A stretch of DNA of 64,000 nucleotides from a virus, in IMG/VR virus record IMGVR_UViG_3300031715_000001, positions 1-64,000 of that record; one strand, written 5' to 3'. Each line of letters starts with the position of its first letter. Position 1 is the stretch's first letter. Below are positions 25,920-34,591 of this stretch, piece after piece. The notes beneath the pieces are model-generated. The model searched no databases, was not told the origin of the DNA, and worked only from the letters and a program-made list of their open reading frames with translations. The position numbers and the translations under genes were made by a program.

Positions 25920-27304
25920 GATTTGATCTCCAAGGTTTTGCCAAGGAGTCCCTCAGACAATCTGGAACGACCCTGAAGCTGGCTCAGAGCTACTTCATCC
26001 GTCGGCGTGCAATCGGTTTCGGTACCGAACAGCACATCCTGTCTCAGCCGCTTGATCGACATTGTGAGATACCGCTCGTTCAATTCGATCCCAATGCAAC
26101 GCCGCCCATTTTGTTTGGACACCAGGGCCGTAGTCGCCGCACCCGAGAACGGATCCAAGATCGTTCCGCCTACCGGGCAACCGGCCAGGACGCAGGGCAG
26201 GATCAGCGCGGGCGGGTATGTCGCGAAGTGGGCTTCCGGAAAGGGATACGTCGGCACGACCCAGACTGACCGCTTGTTACGGTACTCAACCACGTCCTTA
26301 ACAGCGGCACTGAATGATTCGTTTTGACGTATCCCACTTCCCGGCTCGGCGCACTTGGGATTAACGCCTGAGGGGCGCGCGAACTTCGATCCTGGTTTAT
26401 TTGTCGCGATGGTCTGACTACCAGGACCGCCATCCGCCCACTTGTGAGTGTCGCTGCGACCTCGTGCATAGCGTGCGTGTGTGTCATCGGAGGCTTGTTC
26501 CTTGATCGCATCAGCGTCGTAAAAATACCGTTCGCTCTTCGCCAGAAGAAAGATCTGCTCATGCGTTTTGGTCGGCCGATCAAGCACGCTTTCGGGAAGC
26601 GGATTGGGCTTGTGCCAGATGATCTCAGAACGAAGCCACCAGCCATCCTCCTGGAGCGCCAGAGCAGCACGCCAGGGAATACCGAGCAGGTCTTTAGGTT
26701 TTATCCCCGGCGCACCCGCCCATTTTCGGCGCACGGCTGTCCATGATGGGACGCTACCGTCAGCGCTTCGTGTATGCTTACCAGTGTTCGCTCCGCCCCC
26801 GCCCCATTTGTCCGAATTGCAGAACGTGTCACCCAAATTGAGCCATAGCGTCCCATCGTTCCGTAATACCCTCCGCACCTCGCGAAAGATCCCCACCAGG
26901 CGCTCAATGTATTCAGGGTAGGTTCGCTCCAGCCCGAGTTGCCGGTCGACGCGCTGGGCTCCGCATTTGCGGCATTCATCCTTGTAAACGGCCTGGGCGG
27001 TGAATGTCCGATCCGCCCGTTGCCCACTCGTGCCTTGCGTCCCGTGGTTGTAGACGTGATCACAATCCGGGAGTCCTCCCATCCATTCGGCCGTGCCGTA
27101 ATCCCGAAGTCCAAAATACGGAGGGCTCGTTATGCAGCAATGCACGCTCTCATCGGGCAAGCGGCGCAACACGTCCAGTGCGTCTCCGAGATAGAGGGTC
27201 ACGCCGGAATGCTCGTAGTAAGGAGCGAGTACACGTCCGTCCGCACGCTGGTCAAGTAGGTCTGAGCCAGCTTCAGGGACGCGAGAGTGTGTCTGTGGGA
27301 CCAA
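25916..27304 (-). CDS. N4-C/N6-A DNA methyltransferase (beta class)
   Basis: TSPPY, IIWHKPNP, HFATYP, ILDPFSG, IGIELN. Confidence 0.93.
   Translation of the reverse strand: MVPQTHSRVPEAGSDLLDQRADGRVLAPYYEHSGVTLYLGDALDVLRRLPDESVHCCITSPPYFGLRDYGTAEWMGGLPDCDHVYNHGTQGTSGQRADRTFTAQAVYKDECRKCGAQRVDRQLGLERTYPEYIERLVGIFREVRRVLRNDGTLWLNLGDTFCNSDKWGGGGANTGKHTRSADGSVPSWTAVRRKWAGAPGIKPKDLLGIPWRAALALQEDGWWLRSEIIWHKPNPLPESVLDRPTKTHEQIFLLAKSERYFYDADAIKEQASDDTHARYARGRSDTHKWADGGPGSQTIATNKPGSKFARPSGVNPKCAEPGSGIRQNESFSAAVKDVVEYRNKRSVWVVPTYPFPEAHFATYPPALILPCVLAGCPVGGTILDPFSGAATTALVSKQNGRRCIGIELNERYLTMSIKRLRQDVLFGTETDCTPTDEVALSQLQGRSRLSEGLLGKTLEIKS
25941..25992 (+). repeat. Family E element
   Basis: ccaaggagtccctcagacaa..ccctgaagctggctcagagcta. 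Confidence 0.88.
27257..27302 (-). repeat. Family E element (inverted relative to 25941)
   Basis: rc ggtcccacagaca..ccctgaagctggctcagaccta. Confidence 0.85.
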
Positions 27305-27311
27305 AATATAA

Positions 27312-28802
27312 TTAGCCTTCTCTTACTTGGAATCTCCGCATAAGTTCTGTAAACGCAAGCGCTGCCTGAAGAGGTACGACCGCAAGTCCCAAGCAGCGAA
27401 GCTGATCGGTTCTTTCCTGGTCCACCACCAGGGAAAGCCCATGTGCCATGCATCGAAAGCCGGGTTCAACCGCAGGGTAGAGCCAACGCGCGTCTCGTCC
27501 AATTTCCGCCCATGCTTCAGCATCCGAGTCCTTAGCGATTCGAAACGCTCTACCGTCAACGCAGGTAAACCACGGGGTATCGCCTCCGTTAACGTGCCTT
27601 CGCTCGTGCCATGCGCCTTGTCCGGGCGGGAAAAGTCGATGGCTTGCGTCGTAAGGCTCTCCTGGTTCTGTCGGCTGGCCATTCCTTCCGGACGGGATTG
27701 GTAGCCTTGACGCGCTTCCGTCGAGGTTGGCGCTGCCCAGTTCTGTGTCTGCTCCCGAAGATTCGGCCCCATTACTCCGTTGCTGCGCGTGCTGGTATTG
27801 GCGTCCGCTGTCGCCCAATTCCGAACCTGTCCGGTCAGGCTGTCTCCCTCGGATCTCGGATGGTTCCCGCAACTCTCGGCATCCTCCGATCGCGGCGCTG
27901 ACCACTTCACTACTTCGTCCGTCAGGTTCCGGCCTCCGTGCTCCGTTCCGTACCGGCCCACCCGATCCCGATTCCCCGGAGCCATGTCGTGCGCTTGGGG
28001 CGTGCTCCAGTGCCGGGTCTGTGATTCCAGGTCGACTTGCCGCTTCCCCGTGGCCGTTGCGCCCTTCGCCTCCACGTCCTCCCTGGACATCACGCGTCCG
28101 CCGTTCGGAGCGTTCGCCGTCGCCCAAGCCTTGGTCGCGATCGCCAGCGGGACGCCCGCGCCATTGCCGTTGCAGCCCTTCTCCTTGAGCGCAGCCTGCC
28201 GCGCATACCAGCTCTCCGGGCGCTCCCCATCGTTCATCTGTGCGGCCCCGCTCGCGGGCCAGAATGAACGTCCTGTTTCTCTCCTGGGCGGCGCCCACGT
28301 CGGACGCTCGAAAAGTAATCCACTCCGCATCGAACCCGAGTTCGGAAAGCGCTCCAAGAACAAACCACAGCCCCGCTGGTAAAACCCAGCTAGGTTCTTC
28401 GTCGTCGGAGTGGGGAACAAGGATTCCTGAGACGTTCTCCACAAACACCCATCCGGGTCGAACGTCGCGAATGATCCGTGCGAACTCAAACCAGAGACCG
28501 GATGCGGTTTCCGCAGTGATTCCTTTTCGATCACCGGCCACGGATAAATCGGTGCACGGGAAACCACCGCAGATGAGGTCGATTTCACCGCGCCATTCCG
28601 ATCCATCGAAAGTGCGGACATCAGACCAGATCGGAGCGTCGTCAATTGACCCTTCCTGAATACGCGTAACCAAAAGCTCGACGGCTTTAATTTCGTTCTC
28701 CACGTAACAGACTGAGCGAACATTTGAGCCAAGCGCGATTCTGAGTCCGAGGTCCAGTCCGGCAGTACCTCCGGTGAACAGGCTGAGGGCACGTAGAGCC
28801 AC
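27312..28802 (-). CDS. C5-cytosine DNA methyltransferase, alpha polypeptide (motifs I-VIII, X)
   Basis: LSLFTG, GGFPC, VFVENV, GAAQERNRTF, QLRCLGLAVVP. Confidence 0.88.
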   Translation of the reverse strand: MALRALSLFTGGTAGLDLGLRIALGSNVRSVCYVENEIKAVELLVTRIQEGSIDDAPIWSDVRTFDGSEWRGEIDLICGGFPCTDLSVAGDRKGITAETASGLWFEFARIIRDVRPGWVFVENVSGILVPHSDDEEPSWVLPAGLWFVLGALSELGFDAEWITFRASDVGAAQERNRTFILARERGRTDERWGAPGELVCAAGCAQGEGLQRQWRGRPAGDRDQGLGDGERSERRTRDVQGGRGGEGRNGHGEAASRPGITDPALEHAPSARHGSGESGSGGPVRNGARRPEPDGRSSEVVSAAIGGCRELREPSEIRGRQPDRTGSELGDSGRQYQHAQQRSNGAESSGADTELGSANLDGSASRLPIPSGRNGQPTEPGEPYDASHRLFPPGQGAWHERRHVNGGDTPWFTCVDGRAFRIAKDSDAEAWAEIGRDARWLYPAVEPGFRCMAHGLSLVVDQERTDQLRCLGLAVVPLQAALAFTELMRRFQVREG

Positions 28803-28804
28803 AT
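27323..28804 (-). CDS. Overlapping alternative-frame beta polypeptide of the C5 MTase (motif IX plus W-x-T/A-P repeats)
   Basis: 493 codons open; RLNPAFDAWHMGFP; repeats WSTPQAHD, WSAPRSED, WAAPTSTE. Confidence 0.75.
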   Translation of the reverse strand: MWLYVPSACSPEVLPDWTSDSESRLAQMFAQSVTWRTKLKPSSFWLRVFRKGQLTTLRSGLMSALSMDRNGAVKSTSSAVVSRAPIYPWPVIEKESLRKPHPVSGLSSHGSFATFDPDGCLWRTSQESLFPTPTTKNLAGFYQRGCGLFLERFPNSGSMRSGLLFERPTWAPPRRETGRSFWPASGAAQMNDGERPESWYARQAALKEKGCNGNGAGVPLAIATKAWATANAPNGGRVMSREDVEAKGATATGKRQVDLESQTRHWSTPQAHDMAPGNRDRVGRYGTEHGGRNLTDEVVKWSAPRSEDAESCGNHPRSEGDSLTGQVRNWATADANTSTRSNGVMGPNLREQTQNWAAPTSTEARQGYQSRPEGMASRQNQESLTTQAIDFSRPDKAHGTSEGTLTEAIPRGLPALTVERFESLRTRMLKHGRKLDETRVGSTLRLNPAFDAWHMGFPWWWTRKEPISFAAWDLRSYLFRQRLRLQNLCGDSK

Positions 28805-28839
28805 CTATTCGTTCCCCTCCTTCACGCCTTCAAAATATT

Positions 28840-29238
28840 TCACATGACTCCTTCAAACATCGGCTGTTGAAGCCCTTGCTTTTTTCTCTTCTCCCTCACG
28901 CCGGAGTATCCGGTATTTGCAATCGGTCGAATGTCCCTGTTCGCTTCAGGCGGAGACAATGACTGCTGAGGGTCCAAACAAAAAACAGAAGTTTCTATAA
29001 CGTGTGAAATTCCAGGACTTGGTATAGGTACATCTGTCAATCTTCGTCCTCGTGCTGATTCAACCTGGTCAATAGCTTGTTTAATAACCAATCCAGGGTA
29101 ATGTTCTGGTTCATAGCGAAAAGGTCCTGGTTCGGAATTCACAATTCCAGATACGGCAAAGTCGACAAGACGGTCAAAGGAATTTCCCCAGGCATCTCGC
29201 CAGTCATCAGTGAGTGGAGATTTGATTAGGGTTGCCAT
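28840..29238 (-). CDS. Hypothetical protein
   Basis: Lower-GC ORF right after the replication gene. Confidence 0.5.
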   Translation of the reverse strand: MATLIKSPLTDDWRDAWGNSFDRLVDFAVSGIVNSEPGPFRYEPEHYPGLVIKQAIDQVESARGRRLTDVPIPSPGISHVIETSVFCLDPQQSLSPPEANRDIRPIANTGYSGVREKRKKQGLQQPMFEGVM

Positions 29239-29239
29239 T

Positions 29240-30301
29240 TTAGGATCCCTTCAGGCGCCGCTTTTGACGCTCAGTAAACTGTTCCAACTCCGTCAGCTCC
29301 TCTGGACTGAGACTGGAGCGTTGATCGTTAGCCTTCGCTGCGGCCTCACCGACGTCACCGATAATTCGCACCACCAAGCCCCAACCTATTCGCTCCAATC
29401 TCGGGAGCCTGGTATTCAAGCGGCGCGCGCAATCCTCATAGGCGGCTGCCCCCTTGGCCTTTAACGCCAGCTTCGCTGTGTGATCGTCGCACGGCCCTAA
29501 CCGCGGCCGGCACCAGCGATTGAGGAATTCGCGCATCTCCGCCAGGGCTTTATCAGGAACCCCGGAGGGCTCAGGTTTAGATTTGATCGGGTTGTTAATG
29601 GTTGTAGTTTCTGTAGCCTGCGCGGGTGTCCTAACTGGAGTCCGGGAAGTTGCCATCGCCTTATCTTCGCCAGAAGGAGCGATTAAGATTTGCAGGTTTT
29701 CGCCCTGAAGTTTCGGCAGCACCGAAAGAGAGCTTCCGATCTTGTTATAAAAGCGGACTCTGAGATCATCCCGGAGCGCAATCGGCCGGCTCTTGGCGCC
29801 CGGGAGCAGCATGAGCGGCTCATGAGGTGCCACAGTCTGAATGGACTCGGCACGCGCCGCCGGCTTGCGGGGGAGTACACGCGCTTCGCGTTCCGATGCC
29901 GTTTCAAAATTTTCGACGCAAAGGCGATACCGATTGGTATTTCCTTGCTTTCGACACTGGATCAACTTCCGTTCTTCGAGCGCGGCAAATGCCTTCTCAA
30001 CACCGTCCTCGGTGGTATTGGTTTGCTCCGCGACCTCGCTCGCAGGGAGCTCGACAAATTCCGGATGATTCCAGGTGCCATCTTCGTTCTGGGATCCCCC
30101 ATAAGAGCCCATCGCCAGCAGCAGAAGGATATCCTTCTCCAGTCCGGCCGAACATTTGCTGATGACCACTTTCAGAAAGGGTCTGGTCATCGCCACAAAG
30201 TTGGAGCTTGGAACTTCGACCTGTCTCTTCAGGTCTTCCGGAACAGGCATGCGGCGCGATCGCGACGCTCTGTTTCGTACTGCTACTGCGGAGGCGCTCA
30301 T
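29240..30301 (-). CDS. Putative replication initiator (N-terminal wHTH)
   Basis: SEVAEQTNTTEDGVEKAFAALEERKLI..TNRYRL; low-complexity linker. Confidence 0.55.
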   Translation of the reverse strand: MSASAVAVRNRASRSRRMPVPEDLKRQVEVPSSNFVAMTRPFLKVVISKCSAGLEKDILLLLAMGSYGGSQNEDGTWNHPEFVELPASEVAEQTNTTEDGVEKAFAALEERKLIQCRKQGNTNRYRLCVENFETASEREARVLPRKPAARAESIQTVAPHEPLMLLPGAKSRPIALRDDLRVRFYNKIGSSLSVLPKLQGENLQILIAPSGEDKAMATSRTPVRTPAQATETTTINNPIKSKPEPSGVPDKALAEMREFLNRWCRPRLGPCDDHTAKLALKAKGAAAYEDCARRLNTRLPRLERIGWGLVVRIIGDVGEAAAKANDQRSSLSPEELTELEQFTERQKRRLKGS

Positions 30302-30690
30302 CGGCGTATCCCATCCTCGGCGATCGCCGGCGTTTTGTAATTCGAATTGAGCACTCGAGTGAACCTTTGAAAAGCCGTGCTGGCCGTGCGCGACTAGGAA
30401 AGATACTCAGTTGAGGAGACGGGAATGAGCGTGGGAAAATAAAGACGTTTGTTTCCACACGTCTGCATCCGGCGTTTCCAGGATGCGTAACACTCCGATG
30501 CCCCGGCCAGGGCTCGGATTTTGTGCGCATTGTTTTAGGGAGACGCCGGCATGTGGAGGCGGACGGCACGCCCTTTTGACTGACCCCGTGACTGACCCCG
30601 TATCGCGACATTCCGGTATAGGCCAATGGAATGAAATAGGGGCTTTTGCTGAGGATTTAGTACATGGAGCTATACGAGGATAGGCCTGAT

Positions 30691-30733
30691 TCGCATTAAA
30701 AGTGCGATGCTCTACCAACTGAGCTACCGGCCC
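30691..30733 (-). pseudogene. 5' half of tRNA-Lys(TTT): acceptor strand, D arm, anticodon arm; no T arm
   Basis: GGGCCGGTAGCTCAGTTGGTAGAGCATCGCACTTTTAATGCGA then unrelated sequence. Confidence 0.88.
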
Positions 30734-30761
30734 AACGCTATGAAAGAAAAGCCAATTAGGT

Positions 30762-30790
30762 ATCATACGCGTTTTGCTCACTCGCCGCAA
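30762..30790 (-). promoter_or_regulatory. Sigma70 promoter facing the tRNA half
   Basis: TTGCGG-17bp-TATGAT. Confidence 0.6.
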
Positions 30791-31338
30791 CTGACCCCGT
30801 ATTCCGGGGTCAGGCATGGCAACTCGGGGTCAAACACAACACCTAAACCACGCGCCACGATCGCCAAATGATCAAACTTGCTGCGATCACTGATCGATGG
30901 CTTTTGAGCTTTTCCTTTGACCGATCCCCTGGTCTTTACCTCTATCCGCAGGATTGTATTTCCCCGGATCGCGATTAAATCGCAAGACGCACAGTGGGAA
31001 ACGGAACGAAAAACATCGTAGCCGGCATTCAGCAGATGCACTGCGGCGATCAGCTCGGATGTAGATCCGACTGTTACCTGGTTCGATTCCCGAACGGCTC
31101 TTAATTCAGCTACCGCAGTCTGCATCTCGTTGCGGACTTGCTTGCTGAACGAACCGAGGTCCAAGAGAATCTGTTTTAGTTTCTCCTCAGCGACGGCGCG
31201 ATTCTCGGAACCAGTAGATTCACAAATTACCCGCGATCCAGTTCGGTACTTAAAGTACCAAGTTTTTGTGCGACACAAGTTACCCTGCCGATCCCGATAG
31301 GGCTTTTGAAAGATAGAGCCTTCGCCCGCTTTTCTCAT
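30778..31338 (-). CDS. Integrase N-terminal-like domain fused to PD-(D/E)XK nuclease
   Basis: N-terminus aligns with adjacent integrase; GSTSELIAAVHLLNAGYDVF..CDLIA..RIEVKT. Confidence 0.8.
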   Translation of the reverse strand: MRKAGEGSIFQKPYRDRQGNLCRTKTWYFKYRTGSRVICESTGSENRAVAEEKLKQILLDLGSFSKQVRNEMQTAVAELRAVRESNQVTVGSTSELIAAVHLLNAGYDVFRSVSHCASCDLIAIRGNTILRIEVKTRGSVKGKAQKPSISDRSKFDHLAIVARGLGVVFDPELPCLTPEYGVSCGE

Positions 31339-32450
31339 TGAATTGATCCGTTCGCTGCGGCCACCGCTTCTTCTTCCTTGGCCCGCATGTGAATCTCAAG
31401 CCGGCTCGCCATCTCTTTCAGGCGCCGCTCGCTCACGATGTGATAGCGGTCGAAGACATCGCGCGTGAGATGCCCGGAGATCTCCATGGCTTCTTTCTCC
31501 GAGAAGCCGGCTTCGATCATGTTGGTGATCGCAGTCCGCCGCAAATCATGAAACAGGGACTGGGGAACTCCGGCCATCTCGCAGGCCGTCGCCCAGGATT
31601 TCTCAAAATCGTATACGCGCTTGCCTTTGCGCTGGATCAAAAACGGACAGGCGGGATTTCCAGCCGCTAATGCCATTTCGATTTCCGGTCCCATCTGTCC
31701 GTAGATGGGTAGGAACCGCGCGTGTTTATTCTTCACCGAGCGTGAAAGCAACTCGATGCGCCCGGCTTTGAGATTCACCTTGTCGCGGAGGATGCTCAAG
31801 ACCTCGCCCTTGCGTGCTCCCGTATGGTATCCGATCACCAGCGCGATCCGGGCGTAGGAGGGCAGGGCATCTCTCACACTCCGGTATTGTTCATGCTCAA
31901 GCGTTCCCTCGCGCGCATCGCCGTTAGGAAGCATATCGAATTTTGGGACGCGACCGACGAGAGGCGGATCCTGTCGTTCGCCTAGCTTCAAGGCTCTTCG
32001 AACATAGGCCAGCTCGCGGTTGATCGTGCCGTTGGCCGGCCGCGGCTTGTGCTGGCGGCGCCAGGCGATGAAACGATCGATCTCGCTCGATGTCACATTC
32101 GACGCCTTTATATTCCCGAACCAGGCGCGCAAGCCGGTTTCCTTTTCGATCATGTATTTCAGGTCGTAGGTGGTCCGCCGTTCCTTTTTGGCGTACCAGG
32201 CCAGCAACAAGTCAAACAGATCGCCCATGCGGACGCGCTCGGGCTCCCCGCCTATCTGTGTGGCGAGTCCCGCCATTTGACGGCGCAGGAACTTGATCGC
32301 TTCGTCCCGGTTCTCGGTTCCGGTAGCTACTTCCCGCCGTTCACCGTTGACGTAATATCTTGCATACCAGACTTTGGTTTTTGTGAAATCACCTTCCCGT
32401 GTTCTATAACGACGCTGTATCACTGTTCCCGAGGCTAATTTATTAGGCAT
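31335..32450 (-). CDS. int: Tyrosine integrase
   Basis: TINRELA, HTGARKGE, VKNK, FHDLRRT, ISGH, FDRY. Confidence 0.95.
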   Translation of the reverse strand: MPNKLASGTVIQRRYRTREGDFTKTKVWYARYYVNGERREVATGTENRDEAIKFLRRQMAGLATQIGGEPERVRMGDLFDLLLAWYAKKERRTTYDLKYMIEKETGLRAWFGNIKASNVTSSEIDRFIAWRRQHKPRPANGTINRELAYVRRALKLGERQDPPLVGRVPKFDMLPNGDAREGTLEHEQYRSVRDALPSYARIALVIGYHTGARKGEVLSILRDKVNLKAGRIELLSRSVKNKHARFLPIYGQMGPEIEMALAAGNPACPFLIQRKGKRVYDFEKSWATACEMAGVPQSLFHDLRRTAITNMIEAGFSEKEAMEISGHLTRDVFDRYHIVSERRLKEMASRLEIHMRAKEEEAVAAANGSIQ

Positions 32451-33361
32451 TAATTAGGCCTCAAGTTTTGTACGTCTCGCGCCAATCTGGCATATGGCGC
32501 GTTGGGGATCAGCCACCCTTCATCCCTTGTGGGCGACCGGTGAATGATCGCCGGCCTAGCCCATTTGCGTTGAAAGTTTTCCCATTCTGGACCGGGTCGG
32601 TGCTTCTCCGCGCTTTGCGTTTCCGGTTGCCAAAGCATCGCGTGTGGCGTGAAGCCGATCGCCACCATGTCGCTGAGCCTTTTCTCCGCGAGCGTGAACG
32701 TGTCCTTGGGATAGCCGATCAGCACATAACACCGTAGCCGATGCGAGCAGGCCGTAAATCCCGCTGCCAGCATCCGATCAGCAGCACTCTTCAGCGTTTC
32801 GAATGGGTCTCCGGGATCATAAGCGAAAAAACAATTCGGTCGCGGCTTCAAGTCCGCGAGTAGCCCGACCTGATAATCCTGGAGGGCTAAAGCTTCTAGG
32901 CCGCCGGTGAATTCGACACGCCGCCCTTGACGCGCCAGCATGGCGAACACCGCACGCACATGAGGTTCTGGGCAGGCGAGCAGGTTATCGTCGAGAATGT
33001 TCCAACCGTCCTGGATTTGGAGCAATCGCGGAACTGGGTCACGCTTCCAGACTGAACAAAACCAGCAACGCCTCGGGCAGCCACGAGATGTAAAAGTGTA
33101 GCCATGCTTGATGTATCGGCCAGGAACGAACTCGCGACCAGGATCGCCGTATGCAACGCCGCCAATCTTTACTGGCGCGATATGCGTCCATTGCTCCGCT
33201 AAAGTCTCCGCCTTGGGCTTGTCTAGCGTGAAGGTGACATCCAGATGAACTTCGTCGACCCCGGAGAAGGCTTCGGGGAAAAGATTCGGCGGCGGACCGT
33301 AGAAGGCCAGCGCATCATCAGGCGTCGCCTTGTTCCTTCGCGGAAACACGCGGGCCAATTT
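32450..33361 (-). CDS. Radical SAM protein (start approximate, near LARVFPRR)
   Basis: TSRGCPRRCWFC, ILDDNLL, FAYD, CYVLIGY. Confidence 0.85.
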   Translation of the reverse strand, partial: KLARVFPRRNKATPDDALAFYGPPPNLFPEAFSGVDEVHLDVTFTLDKPKAETLAEQWTHIAPVKIGGVAYGDPGREFVPGRYIKHGYTFTSRGCPRRCWFCSVWKRDPVPRLLQIQDGWNILDDNLLACPEPHVRAVFAMLARQGRRVEFTGGLEALALQDYQVGLLADLKPRPNCFFAYDPGDPFETLKSAADRMLAAGFTACSHRLRCYVLIGYPKDTFTLAEKRLSDMVAIGFTPHAMLWQPETQSAEKHRPGPEWENFQRKWARPAIIHRSPTRDEGWLIPNAPYARLARDVQNLRPN

Positions 33362-33401
33362 ACGCTCCGAACTTTCCAGTTGAACCAAAGCCAACGCTAG
33401 T

Positions 33402-33438
33402 CTCCCCCAGCGCCGCAACTCCAGGGCGGCGCGAAACG
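33402..33438 (-). repeat. Family A element, short tail
   Basis: rc cgtttcgcgccgccctggagttgcggcgctggggg. Confidence 0.88.
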
Positions 33439-33467
33439 TACAAAACCGTTCTTGAAATTCATTCGCA

Positions 33468-33869
33468 TCAGGAGGCCACTTTGTTTCTGGCGATCCAGTT
33501 ATCAAGATCCTGGATGTCGAGTCTGGTTACTTTAATCTTCGGTGGCTTTACGGCCCGTAATTCCTCCGAGGCGATCATGTTGTAGATTGTCGGAACGCTA
33601 AATCCGAGGTAGGTCGCCGCCTCTTCCACAGTCAACAATCTTTTGTTCGTGGCCTCGCTCATGTTGAGCGCTTTTTTTACGCCGGCTTCGGCGGCACGAG
33701 CGATGATCTCCTCGAAAGCATCGTAGAGACCTGTTGGACGCGCGTTACCTTTGGGCTGACCGTTGCGGCCGCGCTTGGTCTCTCGCACCAGCACCTCACC
33801 ATGATACTCGGGAGTCGAAGCGCCTGACGACTCGGATGACGGCGGAGCTGAACCGGAACTGCGGTCCAT
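33468..33869 (-). CDS. Excisionase-like HTH_17 protein
   Basis: LLTVEEAATYLGFSVPTIYNMI..DLDNWI. Confidence 0.85.
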   Translation of the reverse strand: MDRSSGSAPPSSESSGASTPEYHGEVLVRETKRGRNGQPKGNARPTGLYDAFEEIIARAAEAGVKKALNMSEATNKRLLTVEEAATYLGFSVPTIYNMIASEELRAVKPPKIKVTRLDIQDLDNWIARNKVAS

Positions 33870-33944
33870 GCAAGAACCTTCTTCCTACGCCCCTCCCCAG
33901 GGGAAGTTTATTTCAGCCATTGCGCGGTCTTTATGCCGCGTCTT

Positions 33945-34133
33945 CTACTTTGTCAAACACTGCAAGGCCCCGATCGGGTCCACGAAACACGTATCTTGAG
34001 AGAGCGACTGGCTTAAAAGTACAGCGATGAGACCCAGCAGAATTGCTGGTACCGACGTGATTAACCAGAGTTGAAAGTTTGAACGACGCTCCAGCCAATG
34101 CGCTAGTTTCGATGTCTTTTCCGAGAGCATCAT
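33945..34133 (-). CDS. Small membrane protein
   Basis: Single TM helix; coupled start. Confidence 0.45.
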   Translation of the reverse strand: MMLSEKTSKLAHWLERRSNFQLWLITSVPAILLGLIAVLLSQSLSQDTCFVDPIGALQCLTK

Positions 34134-34591
34134 ACAACAGCCGATTCTTCCATTTTCCCGTTTCGCGCGCTCCTGTCAACGCGCGCGTTGAAGATTGCGG
34201 GCTCTTCCCGAGCGCTCCGCTCATTATCCCGGAGTCTCAGTTCCGCCCGGACCATAGGAATCAAGCGGCAGCGGCGCTCGGCATCGTCTTTCCCTAGGGA
34301 GCCAAAGGCGCGTTCAGCTTCGCCAGCTCCTTCCAACATGCGCGCTCGACATAGATGATCGAGGAAGCGAGCAAATTCTGGATTATTCTGGTATTCTCTA
34401 ACGAAGGCGACGCCAGCGGCATAGGCCGGTCGCAAAGCGTGTGATGCGGTGCGGCTTCCGATTAAGCAGCAGCAACTATAGAAACCGAGCTTGCCATCCT
34501 GGGCGTGGGCGAGTAACGCAGCCAACCAGGAATCCGGTCCGGATCTCAGCCAGGCGCGGATAGGAATCTTGAGTTCTTGAATTCTGGTCAC
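34130..34591 (-). CDS. Hypothetical protein; C-terminus from family A
   Basis: LLAHAQDGKL..SCCCLIG; coupled. Confidence 0.6.
   Translation of the reverse strand: MTRIQELKIPIRAWLRSGPDSWLAALLAHAQDGKLGFYSCCCLIGSRTASHALRPAYAAGVAFVREYQNNPEFARFLDHLCRARMLEGAGEAERAFGSLGKDDAERRCRLIPMVRAELRLRDNERSAREEPAIFNARVDRSARNGKMEESAVV
34158..34222 (+). repeat. Family A element, long tail
   Basis: ccgtttcgcgcgctcctgtcaacgcgcgcgttgaaga..ccgctc. Confidence 0.88.

Larger units (their letters stand above)
30578..30833. other. attP region: tRNA-derived core flanked by arm-type repeats TGACCCCG
   Basis: gactgaccccgt x2 (30578, 30590), tgaccccg 30793, inverted cggggtca ~30805 and ~30825; adjacent to integrase. Confidence 0.75.

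Noticed and set aside
30660-30733. Functional tRNA-Lys gene
   Set aside because: No T arm (GTTCGA) or 3' acceptor strand after the anticodon arm
29997-30817. ORFs 29997..30626 and 30407..30817
   Set aside because: They run across attP and the tRNA fragment and show no protein motifs
33810-33865. Possible degenerate family D copy at the Xis N-terminus
   Set aside because: Only a short partial match (ggcggagctgaacc); not enough to call
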